DNA of 37,922 bases from Selenomonadaceae bacterium (GCA_017484235.1 JAFUTM010000040.1:1-37922); one strand, 5' to 3'. Counted from the first letter of the stretch, positions 14,405 through 22,361 are shown. Program-made: numbers and translations. Notes: generated by a model not told the origin, from the letters alone.

Positions 14405-16174
14405 ATGTCAACGAAAAAATCCTCGCGAGCAACAATAACACCAACTTTAAGTCAATTTAAGTTCTTATTTGATGTCATAAAGTCTTTAACAGATTCCTAT
14501 ATGTTTATTGTTGATTTGAAAACGAGTACGGCTCTGCTGTCGCCTAATTTAGTATTGGATTTTAATCTGCCAAGTGAAATATTAAACAACATAAGTGAGT
14601 ATTGGTTTCCTCTAATTCATCAAGAAGAACAGCCGGAGTATATAATTAATTTTGAAAATACAATGTTAAATCATACGCCGACTGAATTTGTAACTGAAAA
14701 CAGAATAAAAAATCGTAAAAATGAATTTATATGGATACGTACGCGGGCAAAACTCGGCTTTGACAGCTCTGGCAATGCGATTATCTTTGCCGGCGTTATG
14801 ACCAAAATGGCCGAAAAAAATTCTGCTGACGAAATTACAGGGCTTTTAAATAAATATCAATTTGAGAAGGAAGTCAACAATGCAATTATAGATTTTCGGG
14901 AACACGGAATTGGTGGAGCGGTATTTATTTTTGGAATTGATAATTTTAAACTTTATAATGAGGCCTTTAACCGTGCAATCGGCGATTTGATTCTGCGTCA
15001 CGTTGCGGACAATGTTTCAAATATTTTGCCTTATGGTCTCAAATTGTTTAAACTCGACGGCGATACTTTTGGAATAGTTTTTCCAGGTGCCATTGAAGCT
15101 GATATTGAAGAATTGTTTTCAAATATTCAAAAAGCGCTGTTTAGTCCCAAAATAATAAATGGTCGCTCCTTCTTTTTTACAGTTTCTTCTGGCACAGTTT
15201 TTTATCCACAATCCGGTAAAGATTATCTTGTATTGCATAAACACGCTGAGGCGGCGATGGACGTTGCCAAGCGTGAAGGTAAGAATCGAAATGTTATCTT
15301 TACCAAAGAGCAGTACAATCGTTGGTTGCGGTCGTTGTATATTCGTGAATATCTTAGAAAAAATGTACAGAATGGTTGTACTAATTTTGAGCTTTATTTT
15401 CAACCTCAAGTCTCTTCCAATAGCCAGCGTATAATTGGTGCAGAAGCTCTTCTCCGTTGGCGCAATCCAAAAGGCAAGATGGTTGCGCCACAAGAATTTG
15501 TTCCCATTTTAGAAGAGACTAAATTAATCTTGCCCGTTGGTAGATGGATATTGGAAGAAGCTATAAAAACCGTTAAAAAATGGCGTAAAATCATATCTAA
15601 TTTTAGAGTCAGTGTTAATTTAAGTTATGAACAGCTCAAAGATTTGACTTTTCAAAACTTTGTATATGATTGTCTAAAAAAACACGACGTACCACCTTCT
15701 GCGTTGGTTCTTGAGTTGACTGAAAGTAAAATTGTTTCGGATTGGACTTTTGTAAATCGACAATTTGATAATTTTAGAAGATTCGGCGTTAAAATTGCGA
15801 TTGACGATTTTGGCACGGGCAATTCTTCGCTCGCATCTTTAAAATATCTGAGCTGCGATATTGTGAAGATTGATCGTGCTTTTGTTGAAGATATTCTTAC
15901 TTCCGAATTCGACTGCCGTCTCGTTCGATATGTCATTATGCTTTGTCACTCGATTGGAATAAAAACCTGCATTGAAGGTGTAGAAATTATCTCTGAGTAT
16001 GAAGTATTAAAAAGTAAATGTCACGTAGATGTTATACAGGGCTTTCTATTTGGACGACCGGAATCTGCGCTGGCTTTTGAAAATAAATATCTTAAACCAT
16101 ATATTGAAGAAAAATTATCTCTTGAAGAAGATGTGTACACACTTTCTAATGATCTCATTGAATTTGAATGTTAA
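14405..16174 (+). CDS. Signalling protein with PAS-like N-terminus, degenerate GGDEF domain and intact EAL domain (probable c-di-GMP phosphodiesterase)
   Basis: The GGDEF position reads DGDTF. EAL-domain motifs are present: EALLRW, ELTES, DDFGTG, KIDR.F, EGVE and QG.LFGRP. The ATG at 14405 follows AGGTGA with 8-nt spacing. Confidence 0.85.
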   Translation: MSTKKSSRATITPTLSQFKFLFDVIKSLTDSYMFIVDLKTSTALLSPNLVLDFNLPSEILNNISEYWFPLIHQEEQPEYIINFENTMLNHTPTEFVTENRIKNRKNEFIWIRTRAKLGFDSSGNAIIFAGVMTKMAEKNSADEITGLLNKYQFEKEVNNAIIDFREHGIGGAVFIFGIDNFKLYNEAFNRAIGDLILRHVADNVSNILPYGLKLFKLDGDTFGIVFPGAIEADIEELFSNIQKALFSPKIINGRSFFFTVSSGTVFYPQSGKDYLVLHKHAEAAMDVAKREGKNRNVIFTKEQYNRWLRSLYIREYLRKNVQNGCTNFELYFQPQVSSNSQRIIGAEALLRWRNPKGKMVAPQEFVPILEETKLILPVGRWILEEAIKTVKKWRKIISNFRVSVNLSYEQLKDLTFQNFVYDCLKKHDVPPSALVLELTESKIVSDWTFVNRQFDNFRRFGVKIAIDDFGTGNSSLASLKYLSCDIVKIDRAFVEDILTSEFDCRLVRYVIMLCHSIGIKTCIEGVEIISEYEVLKSKCHVDVIQGFLFGRPESALAFENKYLKPYIEEKLSLEEDVYTLSNDLIEFEC

Positions 16175-16241
16175 TTAAATTTTCTGATAAATTACTTGCA
16201 ACAAGTATAAGCACTGTGATAAAATAAACAAAAATTATTGA

Positions 16242-16907
16242 TGCGATCTGTGCCTGCTAAATTTCAGCGGCATTCAAGATGCAATCGACCATATGGTTGA
16301 GGATTGCAAAAATTCTCCAAGTGGTACATACTTTCTAATGAAATATTGTGGAATTAATCTTTATAACGAGGACACTGGTGCAATCAGCGGCTATGATGCA
16401 GGCAACTCTACAATCAAAACAACTGAATCCGTAGTTCCTGAGTCTGGCGAAGCAGAATATCCGAGTGAAAACTCATTCACTAAACGCGGCTTGACAGTTA
16501 TTGTGCCGGATAAGTCCACGCTCACTGAATCGGAGCAGATTATCGTTAAAGGTCTCTACTCTTGGTGGATTGAAGAGTCTCTCAAACTTATTGAGGAATC
16601 TTACGGCTCAAATTATAGTTTTGTCAATAATCCATATACAATTACTGTAAAATTTAATAATGGTGATTATTGGGCTTCGACTAATGGTAGTACATTATAC
16701 ATAAACACTAATTTCTGGAAAAATATAATGAATGGCGATGAAAATGGATATATGTATACTTCTACTGGGGCAAAAAATACTGCAGCCATTCTAGATCAAA
16801 CAATAGCTCACGAATTGACACACGTTATAATGAGTAGCAATATAAACCCATTTTGGGATCTTCCTTCATCAGGAAATAGCGGCGGATACTCGCGACTTCA
16901 GTCGTGA
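16242..16907 (+). pseudogene. 5' fragment of a disrupted exoprotein gene: HExxH (AHELTHVIM) metalloprotease-like N-terminal domain
   Basis: The frame is open from the stop at 16239-16241 with coding-like sequence (FSGIQDAIDH) before the first ATG at 16293 and no RBS. It ends at a TGA (16905-16907) inside a 20-bp quasi-palindromic site. It continues only if 16900-17221 is inverted and one frameshift is allowed. Confidence 0.6.
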
Positions 16908-17221
16908 GAGGAGCCGCTTTTTGGTTGACTTTGCCTCTGTCGTTTGTTAAAATAAATCAGAGGTGGTGGTTGAATTGAAAGTTTGAAATTAGATCCTACG
17001 TCAATGAAACAGGCAGCATTGACGTTGACCACGTTGACTGGCGACGCTCTGTTTAAAAGCACAGTTCTAGCGCCCTCAACTATATCGTAATATCGCCTGA
17101 AATCAGTCGGAACGTAATCGACAAACAATGTTAAAAGTAAACCGATAGACTTTGGTCTTACGGCATAGAAGTTGCGTAAACCAGCTCGTGCGAACAAATT
17201 GTTCTCACAAAGCTCTCGTCT
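16900..17221 (-). other. 322-bp coding segment in inverted orientation relative to the flanking gene halves
   Basis: All plus frames are closed, while the minus frame is open for exactly 107 codons between stops lying in the two boundary sites. The sites are CTCGCGACT-TC-AGTCGTGAG (16889-16908) and CTCTCGTCT-TT-AGTCGTGAG (17213-17232). Reverse-complementing the segment gives ...cac gac ttt agt cgt gag ttg..., in frame with the RTX ORF. Confidence 0.7.
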
Positions 17222-18831
17222 TTAGTCGTGAGTTGTTTACAGGAACTAACTATGATGATAATATGCGCTACTTTGGATCAAATGTAACCATAGATGCCGG
17301 CAACGGCAATGACAGCATATTAAGCGGTGCTTCTGACATGGATTATTCAGCAAATAGTGTAGGTTTTGTTACTGGCGGCGATGGTAATGATTCCATTAAT
17401 AATCTGGATTTTTCTGATAACGTCAGTATAAATGGCGGCGCGGGCAATGATAATATCTCCAATCGTTATAGCAATAAAGTCAGCATAATTGGTGGAAATG
17501 GCAATGATTTTATCGAAAATTCCAATAGCAGTGACACTAGCATAAGTGGCGGCGGCGGTAATGATACTATTCTCAATTGGAACGAGAGTGATAATGCAAC
17601 GATAAATGGTGATACGGGCGATGATTCTATCACAAGTTATGCTAATAACACAAGCATAAACGGCGGTTCCGGTGATGATATTATCAACAATCGCGTCTAC
17701 TCTAATGCAAGTATAATGGGTGGAACAGGCGATGATACAATTTATGCTTCTGGAAAGAAACAATTTATTCAATATGCCAATGGCGATGGACACGATATCA
17801 TTTATTATTATCAGGAAGATGACACCATTCAAATAGCCGGTAGCTCTTATTCAACAATGATTAGTGGTGAAGACCTAATTATTAACGTTGGTGACGGCAC
17901 TATGACGCTGAAAGATGCAGCAAATCAAACTATTAATATCATTAGCAGTAATACAGTTGAGCCGATTGACGATAACGACGATTCTGATACTGATAACGAA
18001 ATTGTTTCGCCAATTGACCTTACTTCCAAAAAAGGCATTAAATTCAACAATGCCGAGACAAAAATTGCAATTGATAAAAAATTTGAAGATTCCGCAGTTG
18101 ATTTGTCCAGCTATTCTAAACTCAGAACGATTGACGCCTCTAAGGTCAATAAAAATTTTGAAATCACAGCTAATGACAAAAACAACACCATTAAAGGCGG
18201 CAAGCAATCTGATATTATCAATGGCGATGACGGCAATGATATTATCAGAGGCAACACCGGTAATGATGAACTTAATGGCGAGGACGGTAACGATAAACTG
18301 CTTGGTGGTAATGGCAATGACACGCTTAACGGTGGAGACGGTAACGATACCTTGACCGGCGGCAAGGGCAATGATACTTTTGTTTTTGAAAGTGACAGCG
18401 GTGCCGATATTATTACAGATTATGAATCCGGTAAAGATGCAATTATGCTTGATGACGATATTGAAGCGGTGACCGTCAAAGGCAAAAACGTTATCCTGAT
18501 TGTTGGCGATAATAGCCTCACGATAAAGAAAGCCAAAGGTAAACAGATTGCATTTGTCGATGACGACGGCGAGTATACGTATCAAACGTTTATGAAGTCT
18601 GTCACATTTAATGATGACGACGACGATGATGAGCGCAACTTTGTTGAATCAGATTACTGGTTTGCGGCAGATGACAATTTTATTAATGATGATCTCCATT
18701 CTATTGTTAAAGTTGACAGTATTAATTGTTCTATCAATAATCTGGACACTGTTAATGCATATGACTTCACCGACCTTACGAACAGCACGCAAAAATCTAC
18801 TGCTGTTACATATTCTGAACTCGATAAATGA
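17152..18831 (+). CDS. RTX / hemolysin-type calcium-binding repeat exoprotein, C-terminal part of the disrupted gene (true start uncertain)
   Basis: About 20-aa repeats of I.GG.GND.I.N (17.3-17.75 kb). Classical nonapeptide run GDDGNDIIRGNTGNDELNGEDGNDKLLGGNGNDTLNGGDGNDTLTGGKGNDTF (about 18.22-18.38 kb). Poly-Asp tract. The ORF-track start is a TTG with no RBS, and the first ATG (17266) also lacks an RBS. Confidence 0.7.
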   Translation: MVLRHRSCVNQLVRTNCSHKALVFSRELFTGTNYDDNMRYFGSNVTIDAGNGNDSILSGASDMDYSANSVGFVTGGDGNDSINNLDFSDNVSINGGAGNDNISNRYSNKVSIIGGNGNDFIENSNSSDTSISGGGGNDTILNWNESDNATINGDTGDDSITSYANNTSINGGSGDDIINNRVYSNASIMGGTGDDTIYASGKKQFIQYANGDGHDIIYYYQEDDTIQIAGSSYSTMISGEDLIINVGDGTMTLKDAANQTINIISSNTVEPIDDNDDSDTDNEIVSPIDLTSKKGIKFNNAETKIAIDKKFEDSAVDLSSYSKLRTIDASKVNKNFEITANDKNNTIKGGKQSDIINGDDGNDIIRGNTGNDELNGEDGNDKLLGGNGNDTLNGGDGNDTLTGGKGNDTFVFESDSGADIITDYESGKDAIMLDDDIEAVTVKGKNVILIVGDNSLTIKKAKGKQIAFVDDDGEYTYQTFMKSVTFNDDDDDDERNFVESDYWFAADDNFINDDLHSIVKVDSINCSINNLDTVNAYDFTDLTNSTQKSTAVTYSELDK

Positions 18832-18860
18832 GTTTAATCTACAAAACGTGATAAAATTAC

Positions 18861-18889
18861 TTGACAAAAATGAAAAGATAATATATACT
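18861..18889 (+). promoter_or_regulatory. Sigma-70 promoter for tRNA-Ala
   Basis: TTGACA (18861-18866), a 17-nt spacer, then TATACT (18884-18889), ending 10 nt upstream of the tRNA. Confidence 0.75.
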
Positions 18890-18899
18890 TAAAAGTGTT

Positions 18900-18975
18900 G
18901 GGGACGTAGCTCAGCTGGGAGAGCATCAGGTTCGCAATCTGGGGGTCGAGAGTTCAATCCTCTTCGTCTCCACCA
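18900..18975 (+). tRNA. tRNA-Ala (anticodon CGC)
   Basis: Hand-folded cloverleaf. Acceptor ggggacg/cgtctcc with the G3:U70 alanine identity pair, TAGCTCAGCTGGGAGAGC D arm, anticodon loop ttCGCaa, T arm gagag-ttcaatc-ctctt, encoded CCA. 76 nt. Confidence 0.92.
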
Positions 18976-19026
18976 ACGACGCACACAATTGTATACAAGA
19001 TGGTTGTATGCAAATATATAGATTTT

Positions 19027-19057
19027 AAGTCAGCTATAAGAAGCTGGCTTATTTTTT
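19027..19057 (+). terminator. Rho-independent terminator after tRNA-Ala
   Basis: 9-bp stem aagtcagct/agctggctt (one G:U pair), a 6-nt loop, then ATTTTTT. Confidence 0.7.
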
Positions 19058-19372
19058 GAAAATTATCGAACTACTAAAACTATTGTTCTGTAAACATTCC
19101 AATAAGAATTATAAACTGAGCCTTCTCAATTTAAAAGATACTAATAAACCGAAAAAAAGTAAATCATAAACTTTCTTCAAATAAAAAAAGCTCAAAACTA
19201 TATGAAGAAATCCAACCAATGTTATTGTGAGTGCGAATCACATTATAATAAGTCTCGATATATCGGAAAATAGTAATTCTTTAAGTATTCATCACTTGAT
19301 GAGAGCAAGTGATGAGAGCAAGTTCAATATCCATTCCATTCACATTAAGGTTTAAAAAATCATAACATAAAT

Positions 19373-19420
19373 GAGACTATCCTTCAAAATTAATTGAATT
19401 GATAGTCTCCATTTTTATTT
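19373..19420. terminator. Bidirectional hairpin terminator downstream of the ula-operon distal gene
   Basis: 9-bp perfect stem gagactatc/gatagtctc. The plus strand continues cattttta, and the minus-strand side is also U-rich. Confidence 0.5.
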
Positions 19421-19447
19421 CTATTATTTGATTTAACGATGTATAAA

Positions 19448-20497
19448 TTATTCGGTCAGCTCATACATTGCAATTTCATTGACTTCACGATTAGTAGCCA
19501 CAATATAATCTTTACCGTCTTTGACGAAATGCATAACATTTGCCGCGCCGCAGCCTTTGTCCATCTCCTGTGCAACGTAGCCTTTCTCCTTGTCATAAGT
19601 AAACGCAAGCAGATAGCGTTCGCCTTTGCGATGACCAAGAATCCAGGTTGGCTTGCCACAGATTTTGCCGCCAAATATCGCGTGCAGGAAGTCAAGTTTT
19701 TCTGGATAAGTATAATCCAGCTCATATTTGCCGTTCTTCTTTTGATAAATTTTAATTGTGTCACCGTGAAACGGCGTAATAACGCAGAGTTCTTCTTCGC
19801 CATCTTGATTGATGTCAAGAAGCAGTCCGTCACTTGCCGGATCATTAATGAGTTCTTCAACGCGCCATTCACCACCTGGCGTTTGAGGTGGGAAGAATTG
19901 ATAAACGCCATTGTCACAGGATACGATACTGCTGGTTGAGCCGTCCTTTTCAACGTGACGATAATAGCCGTGATTCTTCAACATACCGTCTTTGATAGTT
20001 TTCATCTCAAGCTGATGATCATAAGTATAAGTTGAAAGATCGTCTGGCAGTTCAGCAACGCAGACCTTACCTGGAAAACGCCAATCATCTTTGTATTCGT
20101 GATCAGTCTTGAGGCAGCAAGCGATCAAATAATTTTTGCCGCCGGCCTGAAGAATATCAAAACGATGTACAAATGGCAGTTTAACTAAAACGCGAACTTC
20201 CCAATCGTCCTTGCCCATTGGTGTGACAACGACGATTGATGCATTTTTACTGTCGTTAGGCGAATAGAATTTACGTGTTGACAGAAACTGACCATTGCTG
20301 CCAGGAACCTGCTGCATCGTCATAATTCCGCCTGGTTCGCTCCAGAGTACTTCTTCTTGATTGCCATCAAGATCATAGAGACGGCACTCGTTGACTTTTT
20401 CAGCTGCAACGAGAAAATGATCTTTACCATTATAGTGCAGCATTGTCATCGCATAGCATTTTTCCAACTCGCCAATTACTTTTTTGTTGACTTTCAT
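19448..20497 (-). CDS. Hypothetical beta-propeller-like protein (FG-GAP/VCBS-like DxDxDG motif), distal gene of the ula operon
   Basis: 349-aa ORF. The ATG at 20497 follows GGAGG with 8-nt spacing. Strand-rich repetitive pattern and the motif DINQDGEEELCVITPFHGD. It lies 49 nt downstream of ulaE on the same strand. Family not recognised with certainty. Confidence 0.6.
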   Translation of the reverse strand: MKVNKKVIGELEKCYAMTMLHYNGKDHFLVAAEKVNECRLYDLDGNQEEVLWSEPGGIMTMQQVPGSNGQFLSTRKFYSPNDSKNASIVVVTPMGKDDWEVRVLVKLPFVHRFDILQAGGKNYLIACCLKTDHEYKDDWRFPGKVCVAELPDDLSTYTYDHQLEMKTIKDGMLKNHGYYRHVEKDGSTSSIVSCDNGVYQFFPPQTPGGEWRVEELINDPASDGLLLDINQDGEEELCVITPFHGDTIKIYQKKNGKYELDYTYPEKLDFLHAIFGGKICGKPTWILGHRKGERYLLAFTYDKEKGYVAQEMDKGCGAANVMHFVKDGKDYIVATNREVNEIAMYELTE

Positions 20498-20546
20498 GAA
20501 AGTTGCCTCCATATTTTCATTAAATTATCATTAATCATTATCAAAT

Positions 20547-21401
20547 TTAGTTAGCAATTTTATCGAAATAGGCACGAATAAATTTGTTAGCCTTGTCAAG
20601 TTCAGCTTTCCAGTCGGTGGTAACACCTTTGACATACCAGAACTCCGTTACGTAGCGGCGAACGCCCAATTCCCAAGAAGTTTTGATAACTTTCTCAAAA
20701 TCAACGTGACCGGTGCCATATGGAATCTCACGATATTTGCCAGGTACAGTTTCTTTCAAATGGACAGCGACTATATGACCTGCGCCAATTTGTAAATCTT
20801 CTGAAACATCATCACCATACAATAATGATGCGTTAGTGATATTTCCAACATCTGGATAAACGCCCAAATATGGTGAATTTACAAGATCAACGTAATACAT
20901 AGCTTTTTTTACGTTATCCATAAACGGCGTCTCCATTGTCTCAAAGCCGAGCTGCACGCCTTCTTTAGCCGCCATTAATGTTGACTTTTTGAGATTGGTT
21001 AAAAAGTCTGCACGAGTTTGTTCGGTGCCTTCTTCATAATAAACGTCGTAGCCAGCGAGCTGAATTGTTCTGATGCCCAGTCTGGCAGCAAGTTTAACAG
21101 CTTTTTCCATAATTTCAAGACTGCGTGCCTGTTTTTGTGGATCTGGGCAGCCGAGTGGATATTTACGATGACCACTGAGACAAATTGAACGGAACGGCAA
21201 ATTAACTGCACGCATTGCTGCAATAATTTCGTCAACTTCGCCGTCAGTCATATCGAGACGCGCTAATTTTTCATCAGTCTCATCAATACTCATCTCAACA
21301 TAATCGAATCCGGCATTTTTTGCTGCCTGCAGTTTTTCAGCCCAAGTCAGATTTCCAGGCATAGCCTTTTCATACAAACCCAAAAGATAGTTCTTCATCA
21401 T
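20547..21401 (-). CDS. ulaE: L-ribulose-5-phosphate 3-epimerase / L-xylulose-5-P 3-epimerase (UlaE/SgbU, TIM-barrel)
   Basis: N-terminus LG.YEKA.P....W.EKL..AK.AGFD.VEMS.DE.DE.L.RLD, typical of UlaE/SgbU. 284 aa, in ula operon context. Confidence 0.88.
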   Translation of the reverse strand: MMKNYLLGLYEKAMPGNLTWAEKLQAAKNAGFDYVEMSIDETDEKLARLDMTDGEVDEIIAAMRAVNLPFRSICLSGHRKYPLGCPDPQKQARSLEIMEKAVKLAARLGIRTIQLAGYDVYYEEGTEQTRADFLTNLKKSTLMAAKEGVQLGFETMETPFMDNVKKAMYYVDLVNSPYLGVYPDVGNITNASLLYGDDVSEDLQIGAGHIVAVHLKETVPGKYREIPYGTGHVDFEKVIKTSWELGVRRYVTEFWYVKGVTTDWKAELDKANKFIRAYFDKIAN

Positions 21402-21461
21402 AACACCTCACATTTAAAATTTATGAAACCGATGTCTATCATAAATTACAACACGCAAAAT

Positions 21462-22157
21462 TTATGCTTGACCATAATAAGCATTTGGTCCGTGTTTACG
21501 CATAAAATGTTTATCTTGAATGTGTTGTGGAGCACGCTCAACTTTAGGATTGTTAATCTCAGTGAAAGTTGCCATACGCGAAACTTCTTCCAGAACGACG
21601 GAATGATAAACTGCCTGCGCCGCATCTTTGCCCCAAGTGAAAGGTCCGTGATTAGCACAAATAACTGCTGGAACGTACACTGGATTGATATTGCGAGTTT
21701 TGAAGGTTTCGACGATTACATTGCCGGTGTTAAGTTCGTAAGCTTCTTCGATTTCAGCTTTCGTCAAGCTGCGAGTGCAGGGAATATCGCCATAAAAATA
21801 ATCGGCGTGCGTCGTGCCATAGGCCGGAATATCACGAGCCGCTTGTGCCCAAGATACAGCGTGCGGACTATGGGTATGAACGATACCGCCGATTTCTGGA
21901 AATGCTTTATACAAAATGCGATGTGTTTCAGTGTCAGAAGACGGTCTGAGTTTACCCTCAACTTTGTTGCCGTCAAGGTCAACCACAACCAGATCTTCCG
22001 GTTTCAACTCTTCATATTCAACTCCGGACGGTTTAATTACAAAAAGACCGCTTGCACGATCAATACCGCTGACATTGCCCCAAGTGTATGTTACGAGATG
22101 ACGTTTTGGCAGTTCCATATTTGCCTCATATACTGCTTTTTTGAGTTCTTCAAGCAT
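21462..22157 (-). CDS. ulaF: L-ribulose-5-phosphate 4-epimerase (UlaF/AraD class II aldolase fold)
   Basis: Motifs L.....AN..L......V..T.GNVS..DR, V.KPSGV.Y, D.........PSSDT.TH and HTHS..A. 231 aa, GGAGGG RBS. Confidence 0.9.
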   Translation of the reverse strand: MLEELKKAVYEANMELPKRHLVTYTWGNVSGIDRASGLFVIKPSGVEYEELKPEDLVVVDLDGNKVEGKLRPSSDTETHRILYKAFPEIGGIVHTHSPHAVSWAQAARDIPAYGTTHADYFYGDIPCTRSLTKAEIEEAYELNTGNVIVETFKTRNINPVYVPAVICANHGPFTWGKDAAQAVYHSVVLEEVSRMATFTEINNPKVERAPQHIQDKHFMRKHGPNAYYGQA

Positions 22158-22235
22158 CGATAGCCCTCCAATACAAATTAATGATTTTTACTTAATACAC
22201 GGAAAATTCAGAAATTATTATTGTTTAATTAAAAA

Positions 22236-22341
22236 TGCAGAATCAAATTTTTAATCAAATTTGTAAAAAAAAATTTTTATGTCGTACCCACCAACAGGCT
22301 GTGCCTGCGCCCACCCTGACATAAAAACTTTTAATTCTGCA
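22236..22341 (-). promoter_or_regulatory. Nested palindromic intercistronic element between ulaB and ulaF with G-tracts on the transcribed strand
   Basis: Outer inverted repeat tgcagaatcaaa/tttaattctgca, inner stem tttttatgtc/gacataaaaa, central hairpin caggc-tgt-gcctg. The hairpin is flanked on the plus strand by acccacc and cgcccaccc, which read GGGTGGGCG...GGTGGGT on the mRNA. Confidence 0.5.
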
Positions 22342-22361
22342 CTTTAATTGTAAATTGGTAA

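Noticed and set aside
16898-17197. 99-aa minus-strand ORF treated as a free-standing gene
   Set aside because: It has a TTG start, no RBS, no promoter and no terminator. Its open frame is delimited exactly by the two palindromic sites and fuses in frame to the RTX ORF when flipped. It is better explained as an inverted piece of that gene.
17347-18585. Minus-strand ORFs 17347..17832 and 17875..18585 (161 and 236 aa), and plus-strand out-of-frame ORF 17915..18355, inside the RTX gene
   Set aside because: These are a consequence of the GGN/GAY-rich repetitive codons of the RTX repeats, whose complement and shifted frames are stop-poor and Ile/Asn/Thr-rich. The plus in-frame sequence carries canonical GGxGxD nonapeptides.
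18600-18625. Poly-Asp tract (DDDDDDE) in the RTX protein, considered as a slippage or phase-variation site
   Set aside because: It is encoded by mixed gat/gac codons (gat gat gac gac gac gat gat gag), not a homopolymer or perfect microsatellite. It is more likely an acidic Ca-binding linker.
19439-19953. ORFs 19439..19939 (+) and 19456..19953 (-) overlapping the beta-propeller gene
   Set aside because: These are shadow frames of the 349-aa ORF, which is long, has a GGAGG RBS and sits in operon context.
21423-22163. 246-aa plus-strand ORF antisense to ulaF
   Set aside because: The minus frame encodes an unmistakable class II aldolase/AraD-UlaF sequence with a GGAGGG RBS. The antisense ORF has no recognisable motifs.
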